Assembly: GCA_014728035.1 (NCBI GenBank)
Contig: WJMJ01000046.1
Coordinates: 128,001-192,000, forward strand
DNA: 64,000 bases
Direction of reading: 5' to 3'
DNA from: Promethearchaeota archaeon
Lineage (GTDB): Archaea > Asgardarchaeota > Thorarchaeia > Thorarchaeales > Thorarchaeaceae
Numbering within the stretch: the stretch's first letter is position 1; each line of letters starts with the position of its first letter. The notes beneath the pieces are model-generated. The model was given only the letters and a program-made list of their open reading frames with translations. It did no database searches and was not told where the DNA came from. Shown here piece by piece: positions 1 through 9,772 of this stretch. A program made the position numbers and the translations under genes.

Positions 1-57
1 ACGTACTCTTACCAATCGTGCTGGCTCGCGTCGTTTGAATTCTTTTTCCTCACTCAA
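1..57 (-). CDS. 5' end of a CDS running off the window (MSEEKEFKRREPARLVRVR...), possibly an RPA-type OB-fold subunit
   Basis: TTG at 57-55 with a GGTG RBS-like motif upstream; frame open to position 1; N-terminus loosely resembles archaeal RPA small subunits. Confidence 0.35.
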   Translation of the reverse strand, partial: MSEEKEFKRREPARLVRVR

Positions 58-198
58 ATCGATTCACACCGTATTGTGTATTTTCCAGAATTGCTCATCA
101 ATGATTAATTTTTCGTACCTATAAAGGCTGATATGTCTCAAACTATAAGAACTAATATGCAGAGAACTGTATCTCATACAGCACTTATTAATCCATAA

Positions 199-522
199 TC
201 AATATCGCCGCCAAGTAGAAGAACATTTCGTACATCGATAAAATTCTGTTGCACCTTCATCTCCACGACGAGTTTGAAGAGTCCAATAGTATGCTTCATT
301 ATGTCCACATTTTGGACAAGACGCCTTAGTAATAGGCATTGGAATCGAATCATCTTCGACAACAATTATTTTGTCACGAGGGGTCTTCTCAATTGGTTGG
401 GATACCATCATATCGCCTTCTGGATTTTCAATATACCCACAACTACGACATCGCAAAACTCGAGTTCCATCTTCTTTCGTAAAGGGAACCATCATTGCAC
501 CACATTCATCACAAAACTGCAT
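199..522 (-). CDS. tfs: Transcription factor S (TFS/RpoM family)
   Basis: N-terminal FCDECG Zn ribbon; C-terminal CPKC...QTRRGDE...CTKC with acidic DE hairpin. Confidence 0.95.
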   Translation of the reverse strand: MQFCDECGAMMVPFTKEDGTRVLRCRSCGYIENPEGDMMVSQPIEKTPRDKIIVVEDDSIPMPITKASCPKCGHNEAYYWTLQTRRGDEGATEFYRCTKCSSTWRRY

Positions 523-573
523 AATCGAGTCACCTCGTGTATCGCAGAGGATGATAAAGAGGTCAATTAAGGC

Positions 574-1023
574 TTACTGAACCTCTGTAAGTCGCTTAGG
601 AAATAATGTTGAAACTTTCTCAAGAAAGACTGTAAATGCGTGAGACGCGATTCTACGTTCTTCTTTCCTACTCACATCCATTGTAAGAGGTAAATGAGGC
701 ACCAAACTATCGACAATGAAAGCGATAGTTATTTTATTTTTCATCCAGAGATATGCAATAAGTGCTTCATATGCATCAGCTGCCCGGCCAGCATCAGTAC
801 GACCACTTATGTATGAATAAAAATTGGTTGAACGAATAGCATTTGCAAGAATTCGGTCTTGTACTTTTTCACCAGTCGCATGCCCTAGAACAACAGATTT
901 AGCAAGAGAATAGCACAGATTGACAACACCATCCCCAATCTGTGCTAATCCTTGGTCGGATACGATTTGACTCATATGATTGTGAAGAACCAAAGAGTCC
1001 CAAATCATTTTGCACAAACCCAA
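574..1023 (-). CDS. Archaeal RNase III-like family protein
   Basis: GLAQIGDGVVNL and ADAYEALI motifs; lies in the rpoL-tfs cluster. Confidence 0.75.
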   Translation of the reverse strand: MGLCKMIWDSLVLHNHMSQIVSDQGLAQIGDGVVNLCYSLAKSVVLGHATGEKVQDRILANAIRSTNFYSYISGRTDAGRAADAYEALIAYLWMKNKITIAFIVDSLVPHLPLTMDVSRKEERRIASHAFTVFLEKVSTLFPKRLTEVQ

Positions 1024-1034
1024 ATTGATTTCGA

Positions 1035-1325
1035 TTATTCAATACTGTGGTCTGAAACAGACTGTTCAAACTTCTTTCTAAATTCCTCGGTACGTGCTAG
1101 CATTTTTTCCAATGCATCCCGAAGAACAGTGTTGCATTGGCGCCTTTTAGTTCTAATAGTGAAGACCGGATTTGAGAGTAGAGGATGTTCAATAATATAT
1201 CCTGCAAACTCTACAGTTTCTTCTTCTAAAAGGGTCTTACGAAGAAGGTTTGGAAATGCATGTTTTTCTCCACCTATTTCAAACTTCAATTCATAACGGG
1301 TATTTTCAATGATTTTTGGTTCCAT
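1035..1325 (-). CDS. rpoL: RNA polymerase subunit Rpo11 (RpoL)
   Basis: GEKHAFPNLL, VEFAGYIIEHPL motifs; follows csl4. Confidence 0.93.
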   Translation of the reverse strand: MEPKIIENTRYELKFEIGGEKHAFPNLLRKTLLEEETVEFAGYIIEHPLLSNPVFTIRTKRRQCNTVLRDALEKMLARTEEFRKKFEQSVSDHSIE

Positions 1326-1328
1326 TTT

Positions 1329-2051
1329 TTATCGCCTCTTTCTCCGCGAACGGTCTCGACTCTTACCACGTCCTCTACCATGCCGGCTATCTCTACGGTC
1401 ACTATACCTTCGATCAGAACGAGATCTTCGTCTAGGAGCTAAATCAGGACGTGTTTCAAGTCTAAAACGTTGACCATAATCTTTTGCAACCTCACGAGTT
1501 TCTCTATTCTCGCAACGAAGACAAATAAGATTGTTATGGCTAGTTAACGTCAGTACATTACCACAACGGACACATTTACCAAGGATAACACCAAAATCCT
1601 TCCCAACTAGACTTAGTTCAGTAGGAATAGTTTGAGAGCTAATAGCTCTTGCACGGACTATATCCTGAGGCTTGAGCACATCACGCATACTCTTAACATA
1701 TCGACGAGTAACATTGCTAATATGAATTTCACCAACGAAAGGACTTAGTGCATTCTCATCATTTCGTTTTACAATACTAACTTCAGCACGTTGGTCCCAA
1801 ACATTAGTTACTTCTCCCATCAATATATCATCCTCTACGGGAAGAGATAATTTGTCATTGCCCTCAGCAGATAATACTTGGATACTTCTTTCCTTAAAAT
1901 CAATTGATACACCGCCAAAAGTTGCGGCATAGACGACGCCATCTCTTTCAAAAGTCCCTAAACTGGGGCTCAGCTCTTCAATCACACATAATTGATCCCC
2001 TGGGACCACAACATCGCCACTTTTTACATCAGCCATTCTATTCACACTCAT
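1329..2051 (-). CDS. csl4: Exosome RNA-binding subunit Csl4 with Arg/Ser-rich tail
   Basis: VVPGDQL N-domain, S1 domain (IHISNV, DIVRAR), Zn ribbon CVRC...CLRC-ETR. Confidence 0.92.
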   Translation of the reverse strand: MSVNRMADVKSGDVVVPGDQLCVIEELSPSLGTFERDGVVYAATFGGVSIDFKERSIQVLSAEGNDKLSLPVEDDILMGEVTNVWDQRAEVSIVKRNDENALSPFVGEIHISNVTRRYVKSMRDVLKPQDIVRARAISSQTIPTELSLVGKDFGVILGKCVRCGNVLTLTSHNNLICLRCENRETREVAKDYGQRFRLETRPDLAPRRRSRSDRRYSDRRDSRHGRGRGKSRDRSRRKRR

Positions 2052-2676
2052 CGGATTTTATACGGTACAAGTCAACTCGTGTCAGATGCCTTGCCTTCTT
2101 ATGAAACGAATAAAGTTTGGGAATTGGGAATTGAAAGGTTTCAATTTGAGTAACTGTTCCACCCATTTCTTCAATAGCGTTTTTCAAGAAGATTCTATTT
2201 TTTTCACCTGCAAGATGTATACTGTAAATTACTCGGGCAATGGACAATGCTGTTTCTAGAAATGCTACATCAGCACCTCGTTTTTTGACTCCGAAAGGAG
2301 GATTACACACAACTGTATCAACTGACCTTTGAAGTGTGAAAGAGGAAACATTTGCTAAAACCCAGTCCGTTAATTCTTCAATCCCGAGTGTAGAAGAATT
2401 TTGTTGAGACACCTTTAAGGCTTTGGATTGGATGTCAATTCCAAGGGAAAAAGAAGCTCCCAATAGTGCTGCCCCAAGTGCAAAGATGCCATCACCACAA
2501 CCCAAATCAACAACAAATCGATTTCTGATATCGTTGTGATCCATCTCAGCAGAATACAGAATGGACGCAACAATAGATGCAGGAGTTGGATATTGCTCGT
2601 ATCGTATTTCGTGGTCTTGAGACCTGTCTATCTGCTGCAACGCGATTTCCAAATCTCTTAGACGCATGAGAAACAC
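2038..2676 (-). CDS. METTL5-family SAM-dependent RNA methyltransferase
   Basis: YEQYPTP, VDLGCGDG, NPPFG motifs. Confidence 0.88.
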   Translation of the reverse strand: MFLMRLRDLEIALQQIDRSQDHEIRYEQYPTPASIVASILYSAEMDHNDIRNRFVVDLGCGDGIFALGAALLGASFSLGIDIQSKALKVSQQNSSTLGIEELTDWVLANVSSFTLQRSVDTVVCNPPFGVKKRGADVAFLETALSIARVIYSIHLAGEKNRIFLKNAIEEMGGTVTQIETFQFPIPKLYSFHKKARHLTRVDLYRIKSDECE

Positions 2677-2766
2677 CTTGAATATAGTCTATACGGAATT
2701 ATATCCGAATAGATGTTTTGATAAAACCACAACTAATGTATTACGTAGCTTTATCTTGTTCCATTC

Positions 2767-2797
2767 TCCAGTGGAAATGCAAGTGTTCCACTAGAAC
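2767..2797 (+). promoter_or_regulatory. ORB/mini-ORB-like Orc1/Cdc6 binding sites immediately upstream of cdc6
   Basis: TCCAGTGGAAA at 2767-2777 and degenerate TTCCACTAGAA at 2786-2796. Confidence 0.65.
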
Positions 2798-2802
2798 TAC
2801 CC

Positions 2803-4077
2803 TTGCTTTCGAATGGAGCTGAAAAGAAGTTGGAAAAACCATTAGACAAATTATTTGACAAATTTCTTCAAGGGCAAGCTATCTTTAGACAAAGAAACAC
2901 ATTACGACCAACCTACGTTCCAGAAGAATTACCGTATCGAGATGAACAGATGGGAAGGATAGGCTCGATTCTGGGACCTGCTTTGAGAGGAGCTCCTCCT
3001 TCAAACATCCTTTGTTATGGAAAGACGGGTACAGGAAAAACAGTGGTCGCAAAATACGTTCTTCAGTTATTGGTAAGCAAGGCGGAACAAAGTGGAATAA
3101 AACCACCACTAGCAGCTTTTGTAAACTGCAGAATAGTTGGGACTAACTATCGAGTATTGAAAAGGCTTTGCGATCAAATTGGAGCTACAATGCCAGATGG
3201 TTCAGAGGTCCCATTCACAGGACTACCAACTGATGAAATCAGATCAATACTCAAGAAGAAACTTGACAAAGAGCCAAGTATTCTTGTTGTTGTGCTTGAT
3301 GAAGTAGATAGTCTGGTGAAAAGGGATGTCAATCAAGGAAACGATATACTCTACAGTTTAACAAGAATGAATAGTGAGCTGGCAAATAGTAGAATTTCAA
3401 TAATAGGAATTAGTAATGACCTTAAATTTAAAGAGGTCTTAGATCCAAGAGTTCTCAGTACATTAGGAGAAGAAGAAGTAATATTTCCTCCGTACAATGC
3501 AGTTGAACTCAAGGGGATTTTGCAACAGAGAGTCAAGATTGCATTTAATGAAGGTGCAATATCGGATGAGGGTGTGATTAATCTTGTTGGCGCCCTAGCC
3601 GCACAAGAACATGGTGATGCCCGTAGAGCACTAGACCTGCTCAGAACAGCTGGAGAATTAGCAGAACGTAGAGGAGACGAAACAGTCAGTCAAGAACATG
3701 TCAGAGAGGCTCAAAAGGTAATTGAAAGAGATACCATTACGGAAACGGTCAAAACACTTCCGCTACAATCAAAAGCAGTTCTGTTTGCAGTATATGCACT
3801 TGCAAATAAAGGGAAAAGAGACATCTTCACTGGCGAATGCTACAATGTATATACAGAGATTGCCAAAGTTCTGTCAATAGATACATTGACTCAAAGACGT
3901 ATTAGTGATCTTATAAGCGAGCTTGATATGCTGGGCTTGATTAACACTACGGTGATATCAAAGGGGCGATATGGACGAACCAAAAAAATCCGGTTAGCTG
4001 TAAGTAAGCGTCAAATTGGAACAATTCTGAACGAGGACACGCGATTAGGCAAAATCTCAAAAGAACTATTGACCTAG
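2803..4077 (+). CDS. cdc6: Orc1/Cdc6 replication initiator (Orc1-1 type)
   Basis: YVPEELPYR, Walker A GKTGTGKT, VVLDEVD, GDARRALDLLR, C-terminal winged helix with GRYGRT. Confidence 0.97.
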   Translation: MLSNGAEKKLEKPLDKLFDKFLQGQAIFRQRNTLRPTYVPEELPYRDEQMGRIGSILGPALRGAPPSNILCYGKTGTGKTVVAKYVLQLLVSKAEQSGIKPPLAAFVNCRIVGTNYRVLKRLCDQIGATMPDGSEVPFTGLPTDEIRSILKKKLDKEPSILVVVLDEVDSLVKRDVNQGNDILYSLTRMNSELANSRISIIGISNDLKFKEVLDPRVLSTLGEEEVIFPPYNAVELKGILQQRVKIAFNEGAISDEGVINLVGALAAQEHGDARRALDLLRTAGELAERRGDETVSQEHVREAQKVIERDTITETVKTLPLQSKAVLFAVYALANKGKRDIFTGECYNVYTEIAKVLSIDTLTQRRISDLISELDMLGLINTTVISKGRYGRTKKIRLAVSKRQIGTILNEDTRLGKISKELLT

Positions 4078-5675
4078 ACATGCATTTCCGAGAAATCGAA
4101 AAACGGTTTGACACTAGGAAATCCGTTTCTCAAATTTAGAAACGTTACAATTCCGGGAGTAGGAATAATGCCCTGTTTTCGCATGAAATCAGTTTGTCCT
4201 TGGAAAGTTCCAGAATTAATTATCTGTACACCCCGGTAGTTATCAACTGCATTGTGATGGGCATGACCAAAATGTACGACATCGGGAGGTGTTTCAATAA
4301 CCATCCAATCTCTTGGAAGAGGAGCTAGTTCCGTTTTAGAGCCATAGAGAGGTGCAAGATGCCGTTTTCTAAGTAATTCCTTCATTGGTATTTCGGGTTG
4401 TTTGTAAGATGCGCCAGGAATATTTGTTACAAGGTCATCCAAGCTATCACCATGAGTCACCAAGATGTTGGTACCCTCAACAGAAACGATACAAGGGTCA
4501 CCCAACATGAGGATTTGGTCATTTAACTCGTACAGGGGTTCCGCAAACTCTACAGGAATCGGGGGTTTCGGAAGAGCTTGTCGACAAGCGTCATGATTGC
4601 CAGGAATACATATTATTTTGATTTTTGAGGGTATATCTCGTAATTTCTTTGCAAGAAGGCTATACTGCTCATAAAGATCCGGAACTAACAAATTCTTTTC
4701 CTGTCCGGGATAGACTCCAATTCCATCCACCATATCACCTGCAATAAACAAGTAGTGTGTTTGTTCGTTCATAGGTTTGTCAGGTTCATCAACATCCACT
4801 CCTCGTAACCAATCAATGAACTCGTTGAATGAATCCTCCAAAAACTCCTCACTACCAAAATGTAAGTCTGAAATAAATGCCGCATAGATGTCTCGTTTTG
4901 CTCTGCTGATTGTACGAGCTGTTGGAATATCCGGATAGATAATATCATCAGCAATGAGTCTTGCGTCATTATCAACAAATCCAGAAATACAAACAACTTC
5001 ATCCAACAGGAGTGCATTTCCTTTTTCGATTAAAGTTCGACCTTTGATACCAGACCTTCCCGAAGGAATGATGCAGGTTATTGACCCGTCAGAATCTTCA
5101 AGTTGAACAATGATGTTTTTTGACTGAGATTCTCTTTTGCTTGTAATCATTCCAATTGTCTTTTGACTTCCAGGGCGTTTGCCATACTTTCCTTCTCGGT
5201 ACATAGCTTTTCGTCTTTTTGCATCGCCTTTCATTTTCCGTAAAACTGCAGGAGATAATGCGGTTCTAGTATCAATCCGCTTCATGTATATCTTCTGGAT
5301 TCTTCGAAAACGATCTTGAAATAGATGCAAAAAATCTTCAGCAGTGCCACCTGAGCCAACCAAATCCGCGGTAGGATTCTTGATGATTTTCAACCTCCAT
5401 TCTGAAAATTCAATATCTGACTCCATTTCGGATTCTGATTCGGAGTCTGTATGTGTTGATCTTGTAATTCTACTCTTGCTTGGTTCTGATTTATACGCCA
5501 AAAGAAAATCTTTTGAAATAATCATGGGGCAATCAGATTGAGGGTTGTTTATGATATTCTCAATAACCTGAAGTGGTGATTCTATTGATAAAAGAAAATC
5601 TAACGCATCAGGAGATATTTGATATCCTGACATAATCAATCGTTTTAGGATAGATTGTCTGGAAAGCGTAGTCAA
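4074..5675 (-). CDS. DNA polymerase D small (exonuclease) subunit DP1
   Basis: OB fold plus calcineurin-like motifs SDLHFGS, GDMVDG, PGNHD, HGDS, RHLAP, GHAH, NSGTFQ. Confidence 0.95.
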   Translation of the reverse strand: MTTLSRQSILKRLIMSGYQISPDALDFLLSIESPLQVIENIINNPQSDCPMIISKDFLLAYKSEPSKSRITRSTHTDSESESEMESDIEFSEWRLKIIKNPTADLVGSGGTAEDFLHLFQDRFRRIQKIYMKRIDTRTALSPAVLRKMKGDAKRRKAMYREGKYGKRPGSQKTIGMITSKRESQSKNIIVQLEDSDGSITCIIPSGRSGIKGRTLIEKGNALLLDEVVCISGFVDNDARLIADDIIYPDIPTARTISRAKRDIYAAFISDLHFGSEEFLEDSFNEFIDWLRGVDVDEPDKPMNEQTHYLFIAGDMVDGIGVYPGQEKNLLVPDLYEQYSLLAKKLRDIPSKIKIICIPGNHDACRQALPKPPIPVEFAEPLYELNDQILMLGDPCIVSVEGTNILVTHGDSLDDLVTNIPGASYKQPEIPMKELLRKRHLAPLYGSKTELAPLPRDWMVIETPPDVVHFGHAHHNAVDNYRGVQIINSGTFQGQTDFMRKQGIIPTPGIVTFLNLRNGFPSVKPFFDFSEMHV

Positions 5676-5811
5676 GCACTCACCATCAATTCAAGAACAT
5701 TATCATGATTTAAACATCTGTAAACGGATAATGTGAACGCGCTTAAGGAACTATAATAAGAGCAGTACAACAAATAGGTTAGCTGTCATATAAGCGGATG
5801 GTATCCATAGA

Positions 5812-6783
5812 ATGGTAAATATCAGAAAGCTGCAGCAGACTGGCGGCAAGAATGGGAAATCATATCTAATTATCCTGCCAAAAGAGTGGATAGAACGTCA
5901 AAAACTGAAGAAAGGCACTCCGATTATGATTGCAGAAAGAGAAGATGGCTGTTTAATCATCGATCCACGACTTCCACAAACAAAAGAAACACGAAGTACA
6001 AAAATTCAGATGGAATCCAATTTGCGTTGGAGTATCACCAGCAAATATCTATTGGGATTTGATGAAATTCTTGTCGAAAGTAAAAATCCAATTACGAGTG
6101 CACAAAGACAGGAATTGAAGAAAATAATCAAGCGTTTTGTTGCATTGGAGGTAACAGATGAAAACGAAAACCAAATTGTTGTACAATGCTTGGTGGACCC
6201 GACAACCCTTCCAGTAAAAAAAGCTATGCGAAGAATGCACGTCATCGCTTCGAGGATGTTACGAGAGGCACTGAAAGCATATTTTTCAGGAAAATCAGAT
6301 ACCGCTGAAGAAGTGGTTAATCAAGACGAGGAGGTTGATAGATTATTCTTTTTAATTGTGAGAGAATTAAGATCTGCAATTCAATATTCAAAAATGTCTG
6401 AAGAAATGGGGATAACTCCAGTTGAAGCACTTGATTTACGACTAGCAACCCAATATATCGAGAGAATTGCAGATTTGGCAGTAGATATTGCTTCAAGAAC
6501 AGGGGCACAAGTTGAAACCAAATTGACAGAGCATTTACAACCTGTTGCTGACAAAGTACGAGAGATGTTATCAAAATCTGTTGCAAATTTGTTCCGATTC
6601 GATTCACAGAAAGTGGCTTGGGTCATAGAAGCAGAAAAGGAGCTCATTGATGAGATAGCTATTCTAAGAAATGAAACACTAACAAAAATCAAAGGAGATG
6701 TGCCATCGCATCTCTATGTAATAGACAGTCTTCTCAGAATTGGAGAAGCTGCAAAAGATATTGCAGACCTTGCATTACCTTAG
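5812..6783 (+). CDS. AbrB-domain/PhoU phosphate uptake regulator
   Basis: RKLQQTGG..SYLIILPKEW AbrB N-terminus; DEEVDRL and ERIAD PhoU repeats. Confidence 0.9.
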   Translation: MVNIRKLQQTGGKNGKSYLIILPKEWIERQKLKKGTPIMIAEREDGCLIIDPRLPQTKETRSTKIQMESNLRWSITSKYLLGFDEILVESKNPITSAQRQELKKIIKRFVALEVTDENENQIVVQCLVDPTTLPVKKAMRRMHVIASRMLREALKAYFSGKSDTAEEVVNQDEEVDRLFFLIVRELRSAIQYSKMSEEMGITPVEALDLRLATQYIERIADLAVDIASRTGAQVETKLTEHLQPVADKVREMLSKSVANLFRFDSQKVAWVIEAEKELIDEIAILRNETLTKIKGDVPSHLYVIDSLLRIGEAAKDIADLALP

Positions 6784-6802
6784 AAAAAAGAAGGCATAAA
6801 GA

Positions 6803-8188
6803 ATGGTAGAAAAACTATTTGGAACTAGTGGAATTAGAGGAAGTATTCAGAGTAAAGTCACAACAGATATGGCACTGAATTTGGGAAGGTCACTTGGTAC
6901 AACTCTGAAAGGTACAGGTATAGTTGGAGTAGGAACAGATGCTCGAACTTCAAAAGATATGTTGAAGAATGCTTTCATTGCTGGAATGCTCTCGACAGGA
7001 GTTAATGTAATCGACCTAGGATTTGCTCCGATGCCCGTTGTTGCAGCTCATAGTACATTCAGTCCAATAAAAACCTCGGTTATAATAACAGCAAGTCATA
7101 ATCCATCCGGAGATAATGGATTCAAGTTTTTCAAAAACGGAAGAGAATACATTAGGAGTGAAGAAAAAAATATTGAACGATGCATATCTATGGAAAAATA
7201 TCATGTCGCGAATTGGACATCGACAGGGACCGTTTCTAAGTATGATATTTATGAAAACTATATGATTCGTGCAAAACATTTCCTAAGTAAGAGAGGTGCG
7301 CAAGGAAGAGGGATGAGAGTATTGGTAGACCTCGCTAATGGAGCAGCTGTGCCATATACCCCTGTTCTTCTGAGAGAATTAGGATTTTCTGTGACTACGA
7401 TTAATGCACATCCTGATGGGCATTTCCCAGGAAGACCTGCTGAACCATCACCAAAAAATCTTGAAGATACAATGCGAATTGCAAGTACCTCGGACTTCTC
7501 TTTAACAGTATGCCACGATGGTGATGGCGACAGGCTTGCAGTAATTGACGAGGCCGGGAACTTCATAGACCAAAACAGAATCATTGCGCTTTTTGCAAGA
7601 GATGAAGTTCGCCGAAGAGATGGTGGGCTTGTTGTGGTGTCAATTGATACATCAAGCGTAATCGATGATGTGATTAAAGCAGAAGGTGGTTCAATAATAC
7701 GGGCACCCTTAGGTTCACTCCAAGAGATTTTCTCAAAGCGGAAAGAAGAGGTTGTATTTTCCTCAGAGCCATGGAAGCCAATTTTTACAGCATTTGGTTG
7801 GTGGATGGATGGTATAGTTGGAGCAGCAAGAATAACTCAGATGGTCCAAGATGAAGGAGAGGAAAGTTGTATACAACTGATGAAATCAATTCCAGAGTAT
7901 CCAATGCTTAGAGAACACATAAAATGTCCAGACAAATGCAAATCAAAATTCATGGATAGCATCAGAATTCTAATAGAGGATCAAGTTACAAACATCGAAC
8001 AAATTATCGATGTCGATGGTGTGAGGGTTGAGAGAAATGATGGCTCTTATGTCCTCATAAGGGTTTCAGGAACGGAACCTAAAGCTAGAGTGTATATTGG
8101 TGCAAAGAAAAGAGAAACTCTAGAGAAGCTTGCAGCACAAGCACGGAAAATAATGGAAACTGCACTCGAACATGCAAAAAAAGAATAG
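6803..8188 (+). CDS. Phosphohexomutase (phosphoglucosamine/phosphomannomutase family)
   Basis: LFGTSGIRG, TASHNP, DGDGDR, RVSGTEP. Confidence 0.92.
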   Translation: MVEKLFGTSGIRGSIQSKVTTDMALNLGRSLGTTLKGTGIVGVGTDARTSKDMLKNAFIAGMLSTGVNVIDLGFAPMPVVAAHSTFSPIKTSVIITASHNPSGDNGFKFFKNGREYIRSEEKNIERCISMEKYHVANWTSTGTVSKYDIYENYMIRAKHFLSKRGAQGRGMRVLVDLANGAAVPYTPVLLRELGFSVTTINAHPDGHFPGRPAEPSPKNLEDTMRIASTSDFSLTVCHDGDGDRLAVIDEAGNFIDQNRIIALFARDEVRRRDGGLVVVSIDTSSVIDDVIKAEGGSIIRAPLGSLQEIFSKRKEEVVFSSEPWKPIFTAFGWWMDGIVGAARITQMVQDEGEESCIQLMKSIPEYPMLREHIKCPDKCKSKFMDSIRILIEDQVTNIEQIIDVDGVRVERNDGSYVLIRVSGTEPKARVYIGAKKRETLEKLAAQARKIMETALEHAKKE

Positions 8189-8234
8189 AGTTGCGTCGGT
8201 AATATTAAATCGAAAGATACTATCGAATGACCAA

Positions 8235-8365
8235 GCCGAGGTATCCAAGCGGCTACGGAGACGGTCTCGAAATCTCGTACGAGATAACCGTTGCCCTTGA
8301 GGCTCGTGAGTCCTGATGTAATTCATAGACATTGGGCACGAATTCGAATCTCATCCTCGGCGCCA
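8235..8365 (+). tRNA. tRNA-Ser(CGA) with two introns: 37/38 (8272-8285, 14 nt) and 53/54 (8311-8342, 32 nt)
   Basis: Acceptor GCCGAGG/CCTCGGC-G-CCA; anticodon arm ACGGT-CTCGAA|A-ACCGT; long variable arm; T arm GTGAG|TTCGAAT-CTCAT; both inserts form BHB-type motifs. Confidence 0.92.
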
Positions 8366-8371
8366 ATTATT

Positions 8372-8713
8372 CTAGAATGTGATTATCGAATAGCCACGAT
8401 CAGAAAATGCATGTAAATTGGAGTGTCCACTAAGGTCTCCTTTCAATGATATTCCAAGGCTTTTTGCAGCTTCGGTAGCTGAAAAAGTGTCAGTACATGC
8501 CATACAAGAGTGATCAATTAGCCCTAATTCTTTAGCTTTGAAAAACAAAGGCATTTTCAGTGTCCCTTTTGAGATATCAATAAGCAATTTGGGAGACGCA
8601 CATTCTAGAACCACTGCAATCTCATTTCCGAGTTCATGGTAGTTTATTGCATTCAATAGTATATGGAATAAATGCATTTTGTTATCATTAGTAGCAAGAA
8701 ACATGAATTTCAT
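8372..8713 (-). CDS. DsrE/DsrF-like small protein
   Basis: About 113 aa alpha/beta pattern with CMAC motif and GYSIITF end. Confidence 0.65.
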   Translation of the reverse strand: MKFMFLATNDNKMHLFHILLNAINYHELGNEIAVVLECASPKLLIDISKGTLKMPLFFKAKELGLIDHSCMACTDTFSATEAAKSLGISLKGDLSGHSNLHAFSDRGYSIITF

Positions 8714-8804
8714 GGAGCTTAATACACAACTCGGAGGGATTAATCTAACGGCATCTAGTGCAGAGTAAATAGTAAATATTATTAATAAATAATATATAGT
8801 ATAT

Positions 8805-9584
8805 TTGTTGGGACTGACAGATGATAGTATAATCGGAGGAAAAATAATGAAAGAAAAAAGTCAGTCCCAAGCTACGATTTGGATTCAAGTAGCTCTAATC
8901 TATTTGAAAAGTGATAATTTGGAAAAAGCTCGAGAAGCAATAATAAGAACAACCATTGAAGAACCAGAAAATTATCTTGGATGGTATGGACTTGGATTAA
9001 TTCAGTTTGCTTCTCGGAATTTTCAACAAGCAAAATCAGCTCTCAAAAAAGCAGTTAAAATTGATACTACCAAAGGCCAACCTTGGTACATACTGGGAAG
9101 AATTGCGTTGGATGAAAACCAATTCCTTGAAGCAATAGAATATTTTGATATGGCGATTGAAAATAGAATGAGAACAATACAACTTTTTCTTGACAAAGGA
9201 ATATGTTTTGAGAAAGAAGAACAGGTTGACAAAGCGCTGAAAAATTACAGATATGCAGTTAAAATCGGTCAGTATAATGAAGAATTATTGCTGCAGCTAG
9301 GAAACTTGCTAGTCACGAGGAAAAAGTTCAATCAGGCGATAGATATCTATATGGAAGCAATTGCAATCAATCCAAAAAATGCCATTGCATGGGCAAATAT
9401 AGGATTCATTCAAATTGCAATAGGAGATATCGAAGAAGCTGAAATTTCATTCAGGCGTGCAATCACATTAGAACCAAACTGTGAAGAGGTGCAAACAGCT
9501 CTAAACGAAATACAAACAAACCTAATTGGAAAAGAGAATTCTCAAACCATGCAAGAGGATTATGAAGAAATATATGCGTTATAA
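8805..9584 (+). CDS. Tetratricopeptide-repeat protein
   Basis: Repeated W..LG...A...F..A..L.P units. Confidence 0.9.
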   Translation: MLGLTDDSIIGGKIMKEKSQSQATIWIQVALIYLKSDNLEKAREAIIRTTIEEPENYLGWYGLGLIQFASRNFQQAKSALKKAVKIDTTKGQPWYILGRIALDENQFLEAIEYFDMAIENRMRTIQLFLDKGICFEKEEQVDKALKNYRYAVKIGQYNEELLLQLGNLLVTRKKFNQAIDIYMEAIAINPKNAIAWANIGFIQIAIGDIEEAEISFRRAITLEPNCEEVQTALNEIQTNLIGKENSQTMQEDYEEIYAL

Positions 9585-9604
9585 GATCATAGCAAAAGTG
9601 AATC

Positions 9605-9721
9605 TGGTGCGGAGGGCGTGATTTGAACACGCGAACCCCTACGGGATTATCCTCTTAGAACCGAGGTCCTAAGATCTGGATCCTAAGTCCAGCGCCTTTG
9701 GCCTGGCTTGGCAACCTCCGC
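9605..9721 (-). tRNA. tRNA-Leu(TAG) with a 29-nt intron at 43/44 (9647-9675)
   Basis: GCGGAGG/CCTCCGC-A-CCA; CTGGA-CTTAGGA-TCCAG; BHB central helix ATCC/GGAT, intron helix TCTTAG/CTAAGA; removal restores variable arm TCCCGTAGGGGTTC. Confidence 0.93.
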
Positions 9722-9772
9722 CGATACTGCAACCTATTATCGGTCAAGATATAATCATTTTGGCAAGAACAT

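Noticed and set aside
8120-8332. 70-aa minus-strand ORF
   Set aside because: Antisense to tRNA-Ser and the end of the mutase gene
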